Assembly: GCA_029564515.1 (NCBI GenBank)
Contig: JAKQPV010000087.1
Location: 106,849 to 170,848 of the forward strand
DNA length: 64,000 nt
Reading direction: 5' to 3'
Origin: Spirochaetota bacterium
Lineage (GTDB): Bacteria > Spirochaetota > UBA4802 > UBA5550
Shown: positions 38,278 to 49,271 of the stretch, in pieces
How positions within the stretch are numbered: position 1 is the stretch's first letter
Layout: each line of letters starts with the position of its first letter
Notes under the pieces: model-generated
What the model was told of the DNA's origin: nothing
Database searches by the model: none
What the model saw: the letters and a program-made list of their open reading frames with translations, nothing else
Translations under genes and position numbers: made by a program

Positions 38278-40164
38278 TTGAAATTATTTTCTGATTCCCT
38301 CTTTCTTTATTCCATGAAAAACAGTTTTCGAAATTTCAACATGACTCATCGCATCCGGTATAGTGCATGCGGGCAGGATTTCCGGGATGCAACGATATCA
38401 ATCCTTGCCTGCCTCATCGTACTGTGCGGCCCGATATTTGCAGCACCGATGCCAGTTGAATCGCCCGAGAAGAAATATCTCGACGAAAAAAAATCCGGAA
38501 ACTTCGGCAGTGCCCTGGACATCCTGTGGAAATGGACCCTGTCCGTCGATGACCCATCGCTTGCAGAAGTCAACCTGTTCAGGATCCGCGAGCTTATGAT
38601 CTATCCCGAGCTTTACGACCGGGGGATCGAAGCGCTGAACAGCATAGGCAATCATGCCCCGGCGGCCCGCTTTCTGCGCGACCGGATCAGCATTATGACG
38701 GCCTGGCTATTGCTGAAAAAGGGACAGGTCATACCGGCGGAAAGGGCCATCGCATCCTTATCATACATGGGTTTTCGCGTGATAGGGCCATGTACCGGTA
38801 ACGGCCCGGAGGAATCAGGCACATCGCGCTGCCCTGAAAACGCCGTTGATCCGGCACAGACCTGCCCCGGCGAATGTTCCGGCATTACATGGTCCCTGAT
38901 CTCTCCTGACCGCATGGGCCTGATCGATATTGACGGGCTGAACGGAAACACTGCAGGCACCCTGTACTATTTTCTCCGGGAAATCAGGATCGAGAAAGAT
39001 GGAGACTATTATCTTGTTCTTGGCAAAACGGGATATATCGATCTCCGCATCGACGGGAATACGGTCTTCTCCGATCGGACGATGCACGGCTTTGATCATG
39101 ACCAGTATTTCATACCGGTCCATCTTGCCGCCGGTTCACACGGCATCCTGATAAAGGCCGGCAGCTCCCCGGACGGCATCAAGGTTTCGCTCAGGCTGGC
39201 TGATGCGGGAGGGGGCAGCCGTGCCATGAAGAGTGAATCCTGCCCACCGCTTTTTTCATCGCTTGTGCACAGGCATGACCCGGTGCCGATTGATTATTTC
39301 AGGGCAGGTTACATCCTGCTTGAGTCCCGCTCACCGGCGCCGGAGAACGACGCAGCAATCGCCCTCCTGTCCCGCATACCCGAATCAGATCCCCTCTATT
39401 CTGCCGCGTGCTTTTACCTTGGCCGGGCTTGCACAGACCGCGATAAGGCGGCCGGGTATTTCAGAAAATCAATTGCGGCCGATCCTGAAAACAACGAGTC
39501 CCTGCGCGAACTTGCGGAGATCGCCATTAATCGTAATCTGTTTTATGACGCTTTTCCCCACATCAAGATGATGAAAAAAATCGGACCCGCCCCGGCGATA
39601 TACGAGGAGGCCATGGCCCGGCTTTTTCTGAAAATGGGATGGACCGCCGAGGTCCGGCGCCACGCCGCAGCCTTGAAGCGCTCCTCCTTTCCCTCGGCCG
39701 GTCTCCTCGCGGAAGCCGGAATATTCAGCGCGGAAGGTGACCTGTACCATGAATCGCTGGTGCTTGAACGGCTCATGGAGCTCGACCGGTACGACCGGGA
39801 CCTCCTGCTGTCGCGTGCCTCGGTCCATGAAAAGTCCGGCGACCTTGCTTCCGCAGCTCTCCTCCTGCATCAGGCTACGGCCCTCTTCCCTAACGATACC
39901 GGAATAAAGCTGCGGCTGGCGTCGGCTGTGCACAATGAAAAAGGCGCAGGCTCCGCGCTCCCCTACCTTGCCGCCGCCCTGAACACGGCGCCGGGCAATC
40001 CCGCGCTGCTCAAGGCCCTGGGACTGGCCTACCTCAACCTGGGGAAAATCGCTCCTGCAGAGTATTATCTCCGGATGGCTTTATGCCGTGACCCGGCGGA
40101 CAGCATGATCAGGCTGAACCTGGATATTATTAACGGCAACCGCGCAGGAGGTATCCGGCATTAG
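38278..40164 (+). CDS. TPR-repeat protein, secreted
   Basis: A probable internal start with a signal peptide, then a beta-rich middle region and C-terminal TPR repeats. Confidence 0.6.
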   Translation: MKLFSDSLFLYSMKNSFRNFNMTHRIRYSACGQDFRDATISILACLIVLCGPIFAAPMPVESPEKKYLDEKKSGNFGSALDILWKWTLSVDDPSLAEVNLFRIRELMIYPELYDRGIEALNSIGNHAPAARFLRDRISIMTAWLLLKKGQVIPAERAIASLSYMGFRVIGPCTGNGPEESGTSRCPENAVDPAQTCPGECSGITWSLISPDRMGLIDIDGLNGNTAGTLYYFLREIRIEKDGDYYLVLGKTGYIDLRIDGNTVFSDRTMHGFDHDQYFIPVHLAAGSHGILIKAGSSPDGIKVSLRLADAGGGSRAMKSESCPPLFSSLVHRHDPVPIDYFRAGYILLESRSPAPENDAAIALLSRIPESDPLYSAACFYLGRACTDRDKAAGYFRKSIAADPENNESLRELAEIAINRNLFYDAFPHIKMMKKIGPAPAIYEEAMARLFLKMGWTAEVRRHAAALKRSSFPSAGLLAEAGIFSAEGDLYHESLVLERLMELDRYDRDLLLSRASVHEKSGDLASAALLLHQATALFPNDTGIKLRLASAVHNEKGAGSALPYLAAALNTAPGNPALLKALGLAYLNLGKIAPAEYYLRMALCRDPADSMIRLNLDIINGNRAGGIRH

Positions 40165-40168
40165 AAGA

Positions 40169-41200
40169 TTACCATAACCGCTTGAATTCTGCGAGGTACC
40201 GGCCTGCAATCTCCCTGTTATCGATGATCATGATATTTTCGTCGTTGTACCGGTTCGCGTTCCGGGAGTAGTTGTATGACCCCATGATGACGCGCTCTCC
40301 GTCGATGATGATGACCTTATGGTGCATGGCGCCCCGATTGCGGTCGAGACGGACCTGCAGGCCTTCGAGCTTCATCTTCGTGTACTCCGAGTACCCCCCT
40401 CGCGTCCCGCGCCTCTCGAATATGCCGGTCACGGCCACCCCCTTCTTAGACCTCTCTATCATGGCCTCGCCGATCCCGTCGCTTGTAAAAGAAAAGGCCA
40501 TGAAATGTATGGATTTCTTCGCCTTTCCAATCCGTTTGATGATGATTCGCTCGATGTTGTCCTCGGGTGAAAAATAGGCGTTGATGTCCGTCTCCCCCAC
40601 CTTGACGTAATACCGCTTCCTTAATTCCGCGAACGGACCTGGCTCCATCCGGTTTCCGAAAATTTGATCCCGGAACATTTCCATGAACTCCTCATGATAT
40701 ATGTCAGCCAGCTCGGCTGACCGGACGACAAGCGCGTTATTGTTGTTCTTCCACCCGTCATTTCTTGTCGCGTTGTAAGACCCGTTCCAGAGAATGGCTC
40801 CGTCTATCACCGCAAACTTGTCGTGCATGAGCCCCCGCCGCGAGTCCGCCACCACCTCGATACCGGCATCTTCAAGCTGTCGCTTGACCGCGCCGCGTTT
40901 TTTATACGTGTCCCCCTCGGTCACGAGCTTCACGTCCACGCCGCGCTTTCGGGCCGCGCAGAGCGCCGTTACCACCGCCGGTGCGGACACCTCGTAGAAC
41001 GCCCCGTGCACCGAGGTTTTCGCTTCCCTGATCAATGCGACAAGGCCGGATTCCGGATTACGCCCGTTATCGCCCGACCGCCCCGCTCCCGGAGCGGTAA
41101 AGTAGATGTTCCACCAGGCATCATGCTCCTGTGAAGCGGGAACCGCCCCGATACAGAACAGCATGCATGAGACCAGCAGATACGTCCTGACAGACTTCAT
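40169..41200 (-). CDS. Phospholipase D family protein (two HKD motifs), secreted
   Basis: Contains HDKFAVIDG and HHKVIIIDG. A signal peptide is present. Confidence 0.75.
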   Translation of the reverse strand: MKSVRTYLLVSCMLFCIGAVPASQEHDAWWNIYFTAPGAGRSGDNGRNPESGLVALIREAKTSVHGAFYEVSAPAVVTALCAARKRGVDVKLVTEGDTYKKRGAVKRQLEDAGIEVVADSRRGLMHDKFAVIDGAILWNGSYNATRNDGWKNNNNALVVRSAELADIYHEEFMEMFRDQIFGNRMEPGPFAELRKRYYVKVGETDINAYFSPEDNIERIIIKRIGKAKKSIHFMAFSFTSDGIGEAMIERSKKGVAVTGIFERRGTRGGYSEYTKMKLEGLQVRLDRNRGAMHHKVIIIDGERVIMGSYNYSRNANRYNDENIMIIDNREIAGRYLAEFKRLW

Positions 41201-41287
41201 GCTGTCCTCCGTACTCCCGTCAAAATCGTTTCCACCGGCAGCCTGCCGGCGGTGATGCTGACCGTAATACGAACGGCGGTACCTATT

Positions 41288-41325
41288 AATAAAAAAAAGC
41301 CGGCGTCAGACCGGCCTTTTTTCCT
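41288..41325. terminator. Bidirectional rho-independent terminator
   Basis: A8-gccgg-cgtcaga-ccggc-c-T6. Confidence 0.65.
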
Positions 41326-41342
41326 TACACTATATCCAACCA

Positions 41343-42299
41343 TCATGCTTCGGCCTTCTCCTTCAGCTCCTCCAGCTTGTCATAGACGATATTTTCATAT
41401 ACCGTATAAAGCTTCTGCTCCTCCGCGCCGGGAAACATGGCCTTCACCTTCGATACGAGCGTGCGATAGGGCGTCAGCTTTTTGACGTCGGATATCGAGT
41501 CAATCATGTCCCGCACTTCCTGCTCGTTTTTCTCCAGGAGGCCATGGTAGAACTTGAATGAGTTGAGCAGGTCCAGGAGTACCGGCTTGTGTTTCAGCAT
41601 TACCGGGTCCGTATCCGTACTTTCCAGGGCAGTCTGCAGAAAGCTCAGGATGTATTCGGTGTCCAGCGCTGTAATCTCGAAATCCAGCAGCAGCTGGTTG
41701 ATTTTTGAAAGGTCCATGGTGCGGAGGTGGATGCGCGCGAGAAACACCGGGTTTGTTGACATCACGTTGAGATTGACCGCCTGTTCGGCTTCCGGGATCT
41801 GGAGCCGCTCGGCCAGAAAATGATTGTTGGCAAGCTCCAGATAGACGATCTCGTCCACCTTGTACCGGTTCTTGATGATGATCACGTCATTGGGCGTCAC
41901 CGTGTCGTCAACGACGACGAACCTGGGGCGTATCGCTACATCCATATCTCGCACCATCTGCGCCACGTCACCTACCTGCATCATCCTGACCGGGATCGCG
42001 TCCATCTCCTTGTCGGTTTCCAGGAAAAAATATTTCGTCCTGTTGTCCTTCAGATCGAGATAGGGCACGACTATGGAGCCGTCCCGGATCTTGAGGAGTG
42101 AATAGGTTTTGTCAAACTCTGTCTTTATCTCAAAGGTCGTACCGATAAAAACAAGTACCGGGACCTCGTGCAGCAGGCTCTTTCCTTCCTTGTCGGCGTA
42201 TATGGACTTTCCCTGCCTGTTGAAGGCAAGGAACTGCCAGTTATCAAACAGGATCTTGATGAGGTATCCCTTCGGCGTTTTTTCCTCGATAAAATTCAT
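41343..42299 (-). CDS. Hypothetical protein
   Basis: 318 aa with coherent codon usage. I assign no family. Confidence 0.5.
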   Translation of the reverse strand: MNFIEEKTPKGYLIKILFDNWQFLAFNRQGKSIYADKEGKSLLHEVPVLVFIGTTFEIKTEFDKTYSLLKIRDGSIVVPYLDLKDNRTKYFFLETDKEMDAIPVRMMQVGDVAQMVRDMDVAIRPRFVVVDDTVTPNDVIIIKNRYKVDEIVYLELANNHFLAERLQIPEAEQAVNLNVMSTNPVFLARIHLRTMDLSKINQLLLDFEITALDTEYILSFLQTALESTDTDPVMLKHKPVLLDLLNSFKFYHGLLEKNEQEVRDMIDSISDVKKLTPYRTLVSKVKAMFPGAEEQKLYTVYENIVYDKLEELKEKAEA

Positions 42300-42302
42300 G
42301 GA

Positions 42303-43001
42303 TCAGCCAACCCTCCGGGTCATTTCGTACAGCCACCGGTGCACCGGGTGCAGGTCCGCGAAGCTTTTGTAGCAATAGTCCACGAACGCGGGAGAATATG
42401 CCTCCTTAGGCACCTTCGACGAGACGCCCGCCCATAAGCCGTTAAACAGAAGCAGTTCGGCGTTTTTATGATCGGCTGGATATCCGCGGGGGACTTTCTT
42501 GTAAAACTCCCCCCACAGCTCGTAGTCCCCTTTTTTCAGAGCGCCCTGCACCGCGCGGGCCAGCTGCTGCCCGTAACGCGGATGAACGACCGAGTCACGG
42601 TATTCTTTTAAAAATTCTTTCGGGAAGATATACATTCCGACACCCAGCATGATCGAAGCAGGCTCAAGATGGAGATAAAAACCGGATGATTCCATCCGCT
42701 TGCCGCTCCCCTCCCAGAACCACAAGGCAAGGTTGGTTTTAAACGGCCGCTTATCGCTGCTGAAGCGGACATCACGGTAAATCCTGAATATGGACCTGTC
42801 AACCATCGGCTCAGCATGGATGCCGGGACACAGCCGCGCCAGTTTGTCACCCATGGCCGTGACAAAACGGCGTGCCGGGCCCAGCACGTGCTCCTCGTAG
42901 TCAGCCCGATGCTGTTCGAACCATTGCTTCGAATTGTTCTTTTCAAGCTCCCGGTAGAATTTGAAGCACTCTACGGGGAACCCGTTGAATTCGTCAGCCA
43001 T
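42303..43001 (-). CDS. DUF2461 / TIGR02453 family protein
   Basis: The N-terminus ...FF.L..NN.K.WF..H...Y is characteristic of this family. Confidence 0.6.
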   Translation of the reverse strand: MADEFNGFPVECFKFYRELEKNNSKQWFEQHRADYEEHVLGPARRFVTAMGDKLARLCPGIHAEPMVDRSIFRIYRDVRFSSDKRPFKTNLALWFWEGSGKRMESSGFYLHLEPASIMLGVGMYIFPKEFLKEYRDSVVHPRYGQQLARAVQGALKKGDYELWGEFYKKVPRGYPADHKNAELLLFNGLWAGVSSKVPKEAYSPAFVDYCYKSFADLHPVHRWLYEMTRRVG

Positions 43002-43025
43002 TGGCGTCTCCTGGCCCCAGCCGCA

Positions 43026-43778
43026 TCATTTCAGGGCGATGATGGTCCGTTTGCGGTAGCGCTCCAGCTCGTCCTTGAACATGGCGGAAATCTCGGTGAT
43101 GTCCTTGAACTGCTTGACCATGAAAAATGTTTTCACGATCTGCTTTATCTTTGTATCATCCTTGATTTCCGTAATCTGCTTCTGGGTTGCCGAGAACACC
43201 TCGTCCGTATGGGAAAATATGTCCCGGATGATGTCTTCCGCCGGCCTGGAGAGCTTGTTGAACGGGGATCCGGTTTTAAGATGAATATTCTTGAGTATCA
43301 GTGCAATCAGGGTCAGGATCTTTCTCTTCTTATCCGCTTCACGGTCCACCAGCATCTTTTCGAAGGCCTTGAGGATGCTCTCGTTCCGTTCCTTGATCAG
43401 GTCGAGCAGCTCAAACCGCACGTCCTCGGGCAGCTTGTTAAAAGAGGGGGCATGGTGCGGATAGAAGGCCTTCAGGTATTGCTGGGAGAGCATGATCTTC
43501 CCGCCCAGTGAATCATTTACGGTCGTCCCACGGACAAAGGAGGCGAGATCATCCAGGTTGATCTCGAACAATGAGGCCAGGCCGTCCAGGAACGCGGGAA
43601 GCTCGATATTGTTTATGTACAGCTCAAAGTTCCGGTTCGATTCCTTTTCCTGCTTGAAAAAATATTCCCCGAGGATCCAGAGGAACTGCTCCCTGACCCC
43701 CTTGCCCAGCTCCGGATCCTCGGTCATCTTGAGATAGGCATCGATCAGGTTGTTAAAACCGACATTTTTTATAGCCAT
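43026..43778 (-). CDS. Hypothetical protein (alpha-helical)
   Basis: 250 aa with no recognised family. Confidence 0.45.
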   Translation of the reverse strand: MAIKNVGFNNLIDAYLKMTEDPELGKGVREQFLWILGEYFFKQEKESNRNFELYINNIELPAFLDGLASLFEINLDDLASFVRGTTVNDSLGGKIMLSQQYLKAFYPHHAPSFNKLPEDVRFELLDLIKERNESILKAFEKMLVDREADKKRKILTLIALILKNIHLKTGSPFNKLSRPAEDIIRDIFSHTDEVFSATQKQITEIKDDTKIKQIVKTFFMVKQFKDITEISAMFKDELERYRKRTIIALK

Positions 43779-43874
43779 CGTTTATACCCGTATATAATCC
43801 TCGAGACAATAATAATCAGAACATGCATTGACCCTGCATATCCTACAGACATCCGTTAATTAAATCAAGTAAAA

Positions 43875-44867
43875 TTAAGCCCGGGCGTGAACGTCCGTGT
43901 CAAGTTCCGCAGTCCTGCCGGCGGTGAAATAGTGGTATCCGATGCCGGCCACCATGGCCGCGTTGTCGGTGCAGAGAATGGGCGAAGCGATGATGACTTC
44001 CTCACCGGCCCTCTTTTCTTCATGAAGCATCTGCCGCAGCCGTCCGTTGGCCGCCACCCCGCCGGCCACGACCAGCGACCGTATCCCCCGCTCGCGTGCC
44101 GCCGTGAAAGCGCGCCTAACCAGGATCTCGAGCACTCGCTCCTGGAAGCCGTGTACCACCCCGGCGCGGTCCGCACCCGGGTTTGTTTTCAGGAAATTTA
44201 TCACCGCGGTCTTGATGCCGCTGTAGGAGAACCTGGTATCTCCCGGTTCGGGAAGTATCTTCGGAAAGAGGACGCCTTTACCCGTAATGGTGCGCGCCAG
44301 CTTTTCTATGACCGGCCCGCCCGGGTATCCCAGGTCCATGTATTTCGCTATCTTGTCAAAGGCCTCGCCCGCCGCATCGTCAACAGTCCTGCCGACGATT
44401 TCCATCTCCCCCACGCCGCGGACATGGTAGAGAACGGTGTTTCCGCCCGATACCAGCAGGCCGATGTAGGGAAAAAACAGCTCGCGATCCTCGAGGAAGG
44501 GCGCGTACAGGTGCGCCTCGAGATGGTTCACGGGAACGAGCGGGATGCCCAGTGCGTAGGAGATGACCTTTGCCGACTGGAGGGCAATCAAGAGTGAGCC
44601 GACCAGCCCCGGACGGCTCGTCGCCGCCACGTAATCCAGGTCACCGAACGAAATGCCTGCCTCGCGCAGGGCCCGTTCTATGAGCAGGTTGATGGTCTCC
44701 AGGTGCGCCCGGGACGCGATCTCCGGCACCACGCCGTAGTATTCCCGGTGAAGGTCAATCTGGCTCGAGATGATGTTCGAGAGTACCGTACGCCCGTCCC
44801 GCACCACTGCTGCAGCGGTCTCGTCGCAGGAGCTTTCCAGTCCCAGGCCCAGTACCGGGATATCCAT
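43875..44867 (-). CDS. tsaD: tRNA N6-adenosine threonylcarbamoyltransferase
   Basis: Kae1/YgjD family motifs are present (GLESSCDETAAAV, HLEAH). Confidence 0.9.
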   Translation of the reverse strand: MDIPVLGLGLESSCDETAAAVVRDGRTVLSNIISSQIDLHREYYGVVPEIASRAHLETINLLIERALREAGISFGDLDYVAATSRPGLVGSLLIALQSAKVISYALGIPLVPVNHLEAHLYAPFLEDRELFFPYIGLLVSGGNTVLYHVRGVGEMEIVGRTVDDAAGEAFDKIAKYMDLGYPGGPVIEKLARTITGKGVLFPKILPEPGDTRFSYSGIKTAVINFLKTNPGADRAGVVHGFQERVLEILVRRAFTAARERGIRSLVVAGGVAANGRLRQMLHEEKRAGEEVIIASPILCTDNAAMVAGIGYHYFTAGRTAELDTDVHARA

Positions 44868-44879
44868 GACGGCGGCCCG

Positions 44880-46250
44880 TTATGATCCGCTGATCTGCCT
44901 GACCGCCGTGTCAAGCTGGTTGTCAAATTCGAGATCAAAGAGGGGCTTCTTCCTGAACCGCAAGAGCCAGTCTTTCAGCATGAAATTCGCTGTCTTTTCG
45001 GAGAGGGTGATGCCGTTCTCGGCGAGGAGCCGGCGGAACGCCGCCTTTGTCTCCGGCGTGTATTCCGTGTCCTTGTGCACGAATGTATCGAGCAGCTTCC
45101 GGTCCTTCACGATCTTCATGCTCTTCATGTCGCTCTCGGAAATTTTCTCCTGCTCGACGGCAATGTCGGGCTTGATGCCTTTCTTGTGGATCAGCTCTCC
45201 CGAAGGCGTGTAGTACTTGGCAACGGTGATTGCGACGCCGACGTCGTCATCCAGGTTAAATGATTTCTGCACCGAGCCCTTTCCGAACGTTTTCCCTCCC
45301 AGGAGCTTGCCCCGGGCGTTGTCCCTGATCGCACCGGAAAGAATCTCGGATGCGGATGCCGAGCCGTTGTTCACCAGGACCAGGAGCATCCCCCGATAGA
45401 TCGGCAGGCTCTGCGACCGGAATACTTCGACCCGTCCGCTGCCCTCCTTCCCCCGGGTGGAGACGATCGTCTTGCCCCGGTCCAGCAGGAGCTCTGAAAT
45501 CTCTATGGACGACTGGAGGAGCCCGCCGGGGTTGTTCCGCAAATCGATAATGATCCGGTTGATCTTTTTTCCATTGAAGAACTTGAGCGCCCGCGTTACG
45601 TCCCGGGTCGTCTCCGAGCCGAAATTCTTGATTTTAAGATAGCCGATGTTTTTATCTTTGATAATTTCATACTCGACGCTCGTGATCTTCACCGGAGCCC
45701 GCTCCAGCTCGAAATCGAAAGGCTCCTCAAATCCCTCCCGCCGCACCTGTATCTTCACCGTGCTTTTTGGAAGTCCGCGGATCAGGGACACGATCTTTTC
45801 CACCTTCATGCCGTTGACCGGCTTGTCGTCGATCTTCGTGATCACATCGCCGGAGAGTATCCCCGCGCGCATTGCGGGCGAATCATCTATCGGCGCAACA
45901 ACGACCACGCGGCCATCATCCACGGTGATCTCGATCCCGACTCCCTGGAACTTTCCGGTCGTCATCTCCTTGAGCTCGTCGAAGGACTTCTCGTCCAGGA
46001 ACCGCGAGAACGGATCGTTGAGAGCGCCCATCATGCCGCGTATCGCGCCGAAGAAAAGCTCCTTGGGCGAGACCTCGTCTACATACTCGGTCAGTATGAG
46101 CTGGTAGACCCGGTGAAAGTAGTCGAGGTATCGGTGCGCCGGTTCGGTCGCCGACGAGAGGAACGATACGTTTATGCCGATGAACAGGCCGGTCAGGAAG
46201 GCCAGGGCCAGGAGGTGGGCGCTCCGCTCTTTTATTTTCTTAAACATCAC
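44880..46250 (-). CDS. ctpA: Carboxy-terminal processing protease (S41) with PDZ domain
   Basis: Has a PDZ domain and the S41 catalytic Ser/Lys region (GASASASE...K). Confidence 0.85.
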   Translation of the reverse strand: MMFKKIKERSAHLLALAFLTGLFIGINVSFLSSATEPAHRYLDYFHRVYQLILTEYVDEVSPKELFFGAIRGMMGALNDPFSRFLDEKSFDELKEMTTGKFQGVGIEITVDDGRVVVVAPIDDSPAMRAGILSGDVITKIDDKPVNGMKVEKIVSLIRGLPKSTVKIQVRREGFEEPFDFELERAPVKITSVEYEIIKDKNIGYLKIKNFGSETTRDVTRALKFFNGKKINRIIIDLRNNPGGLLQSSIEISELLLDRGKTIVSTRGKEGSGRVEVFRSQSLPIYRGMLLVLVNNGSASASEILSGAIRDNARGKLLGGKTFGKGSVQKSFNLDDDVGVAITVAKYYTPSGELIHKKGIKPDIAVEQEKISESDMKSMKIVKDRKLLDTFVHKDTEYTPETKAAFRRLLAENGITLSEKTANFMLKDWLLRFRKKPLFDLEFDNQLDTAVRQISGS

Positions 46251-46334
46251 GGTCTCCGGTTGAATTTGTGAAACTGCACACGCTAACGGATTGAGAAACC
46301 CGGGCGGGGAGAAAGTTACCCCGCCCGCGCTTAG

Positions 46335-49100
46335 TTACTTCGATTTCAGGACGAACACGCCGTCCCACCCCCGCGGCGGGGGCGATTTCATGTACTCCTC
46401 GCACTTTTCAACATACACACGGGACGGTCCGTCGTCGGGCAGTACCTTGATGGCCTGCCTGAAATAGCTGATTGCCTGCTTCCAGTCCCGCTTGATGAAA
46501 TAAGAGCGACCGGCGTTGTACTTTTCAAGCATGTCATACATGTAATCGGGAAGCGCGGCCTTCATGCCGAGGAGCTCGTATATGGGCACCGATTCGCTTT
46601 TACCCACCACGCGGATCTTGCCGAGGATACGCGCCTCGATGCTCTCCTTTGCCGCCTCGAAGGTCGAGCCGCTTATCATGGCGGCCGTATCGAAGGACTT
46701 GTTGGCCCCCTCAAGACGCGATGCCAGGTTGACCGCGTCCCCCATGGCCGTGTAGTCCATGCGGGTGCGGGATCCCATGTTGCCAACCGTCGCCTTGCCC
46801 GAGTGTATCCCCATCCGCGCGAAAATAGGCTCAAGCCCGGCCTTCCGCCACGTTTCCTGGAGCTCGCGCAGACGCTTCTTCATATCGACCGCGGCCATGC
46901 ATGCCTTGGTTGCATGGTCGGGCATGAGCACGGGGGCGCCGTAAAAGGCCATAATCGCATCCCCAATATACTTGTCCACGGTTCCGTTGTATTTAAGAAT
47001 GACGTCCGTCATCTCGGTAAGATATTCGTTCAGGCGCTTGACCAGGTCCTGAGGCGTCAGCTTTTCCGATATGGTGGAAAAGCCCTTTATGTCCGAGAAG
47101 AAAATCGTGATCTCGCGGTCCTCGCCGCCCAGCTCGAGCGATTCCGGGTCCTTGATGATCTCGTCGATAACGGTCGGGGAGAGGTAAAAGGAGAAGGCGT
47201 TTTTAATGAAGCGCTTCTGGTTCTCCTCCCTCATGAACTTGATGGCCACGATGGCCGACGAGGGCAAAAACATCGACAGGACGATGCCCAGCTGCTGCAT
47301 CCACACGTTGAACAGGGCGAACACGAGCATGACCGCGAGGTTCAGGAGGATGAAGGTCACCAGCATCGTGACAAGGGACCGTTTCGCGTCCAGGCGCTTG
47401 ATGACATAGCCCATACCCAGGGCTATGACGAGCATCAGGAGCAGGTTAAGCGGCCAGTTCACCCTGCTGATGAATTGCTTCTGAACGATCGTGTTGATCG
47501 TGTTGTGATACGTTCCGACCCGCGCGTATTCATTGTGCAGCGGGATAGCCCCGATGTCCTGCGTGCCGGTGGCCGTGAGACCCGTGAGGGTGATTCTATC
47601 CGACAGGTCCTCAACGCGGATCGCCAGGTCCATGGCGGTGCGTGCATACTCGAGGTTTTTCAGGTCTTTCCCGAGTGCCGCGCTCCTGGTCTGTTTCAGC
47701 TCTTTTTTTACAGCTGTGATTTCCTTGTCATAATTGCCGAGGTATTCCAGCCGCGTTCGGTTCATCTTTTTTTTCAGCGCTGAAATCCTCTTCCAGAGCG
47801 CGGCCCTTCTCGGCCCCGCGCCGCTTGTGCCGTACTCCTCCCGCACGGTTTTCATCTGTTTCTCCAGGTCGGCGAGAAGAGGATTGGCGGTCGCAGCCGC
47901 GATCTTCCTGTTCACCTCTTCCATGCCGGCCGAGAGCATTTTTTTCGTCTCCGCGTCGGCCCCGCCCAGCTCCTCGGTAAAACCGTCGAGCTGCTGCTGC
48001 AGACCGGCCAGCTCATTGGCCTTGCGCGCGTCTTCCTCGTCAAAGAGTCCCCTGACAAACTCGGCATTTTCCTCGTATTCAAGCAGGGCGTAGAAGGGGA
48101 CGAGATGGAACGTCCGTTCGCGCCGGCCCTCCTTCCCTTTGCCGGAGCCTGCCCAGGTAACGTACATCATTCCCTTGTCATCTATGGGGATGGTGATGTC
48201 TTCGACTTTCTGCGAAAGGGGATGGTGCGCTCCGCGCAGGATTATATGCCTGCCGGGTATCACCTCGACGCGGCTCATCGGGGTCTGGCTTGCGTCCATG
48301 AGCATCACCAGGGCAAGGTTAAAATAGAGGCGCCCCTCGAACACGCGGACCAGCTGTACTTTCCTGATTACGCCGTCTATGTCCGTGTACCGGTTCACGA
48401 ATCCGAAAGAACGGGCTGCAGTCATGAGCTCGGGTATCGGGTACGAGATGCTTTTTACCGTCCCTTCGTCCAGGGATTTGAGACGCTCCGATTTCGGCCC
48501 CGAAACCTTCACCGATGCAAGCTCGGTAAACCGTTTCTTTGCCTTGATAAACGCTTCGGACTTCTGCCGCTCCAGCACGTCATACGCGAGGGGCTCATCG
48601 TTGAACGTATAGGCCAGGATGACCCTGTTCATGTACTTGACGCCGTCGGCAAACTGCCGGTCCTTGTTCACGCCGACCGCTTCCACCTCCGTCGGCGTGA
48701 TGCGCGAACCCGCGGCGGCTTTTCTCGTCAGGGCGTCCAGCTCCTTGTTGTCTATGCCCCGCGGCGATGCGTCGGGAAACATGATATCAAAGCTCACCAG
48801 CCCGGCGCCCACGTCGGCGAGCGTCTTGAGCCCTTCCCCGTAGATGTTGCGCGGCCAGGGGAACTGTCCGACCGTGGTCAGGCTGTTCTCGTCAATGTCG
48901 AGAAAATAGAGCCCGTCCCATTCCTCTATCGAAGGACGAAGTGAAAACCTGAGGTCATAGAGCTTCAGCTCGAACACTTCATACACCCGGGTGAAGCAGA
49001 AGATGACTATGAGCAGGTAGAACACCCCTGCAACGGCAAGGCCCGAAAACCTGTTATTCTCGATGAATCCGCTAATCTGTTCAAGATATCGTTTGATCAT
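46335..49100 (-). CDS. CHASE2 sensor domain adenylate/guanylate cyclase (class III) with C-terminal TPR-like tail
   Basis: An N-terminal CHASE2 periplasmic domain is followed by TM helices and a cyclase core (FSDIKGFSTISE, YIGDAIMAFYGAP). Confidence 0.8.
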   Translation of the reverse strand: MIKRYLEQISGFIENNRFSGLAVAGVFYLLIVIFCFTRVYEVFELKLYDLRFSLRPSIEEWDGLYFLDIDENSLTTVGQFPWPRNIYGEGLKTLADVGAGLVSFDIMFPDASPRGIDNKELDALTRKAAAGSRITPTEVEAVGVNKDRQFADGVKYMNRVILAYTFNDEPLAYDVLERQKSEAFIKAKKRFTELASVKVSGPKSERLKSLDEGTVKSISYPIPELMTAARSFGFVNRYTDIDGVIRKVQLVRVFEGRLYFNLALVMLMDASQTPMSRVEVIPGRHIILRGAHHPLSQKVEDITIPIDDKGMMYVTWAGSGKGKEGRRERTFHLVPFYALLEYEENAEFVRGLFDEEDARKANELAGLQQQLDGFTEELGGADAETKKMLSAGMEEVNRKIAAATANPLLADLEKQMKTVREEYGTSGAGPRRAALWKRISALKKKMNRTRLEYLGNYDKEITAVKKELKQTRSAALGKDLKNLEYARTAMDLAIRVEDLSDRITLTGLTATGTQDIGAIPLHNEYARVGTYHNTINTIVQKQFISRVNWPLNLLLMLVIALGMGYVIKRLDAKRSLVTMLVTFILLNLAVMLVFALFNVWMQQLGIVLSMFLPSSAIVAIKFMREENQKRFIKNAFSFYLSPTVIDEIIKDPESLELGGEDREITIFFSDIKGFSTISEKLTPQDLVKRLNEYLTEMTDVILKYNGTVDKYIGDAIMAFYGAPVLMPDHATKACMAAVDMKKRLRELQETWRKAGLEPIFARMGIHSGKATVGNMGSRTRMDYTAMGDAVNLASRLEGANKSFDTAAMISGSTFEAAKESIEARILGKIRVVGKSESVPIYELLGMKAALPDYMYDMLEKYNAGRSYFIKRDWKQAISYFRQAIKVLPDDGPSRVYVEKCEEYMKSPPPRGWDGVFVLKSK

Positions 49101-49271
49101 GGCCGTACCTCGTAAAATTACAAGGGCCTGCCGATATGCTCGCAGGCCCCGTCTTGTTACTATACCATCATGCGCTTCCCCGGTTCCGGGAGAGCGCCGC
49201 GCGTGCGGCTCTCCCCGCGCTCCCGGGGCTTATATGCATCAGGCATGCATACGATCGCGCATCCGTCATCC

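Noticed and set aside
46803-47783. 326-aa plus-strand ORF (and 48105..48944, 279 aa)
   Set aside because: Both are antisense to the CHASE2 cyclase gene. Their translations are His/Arg/Asp-rich low complexity.
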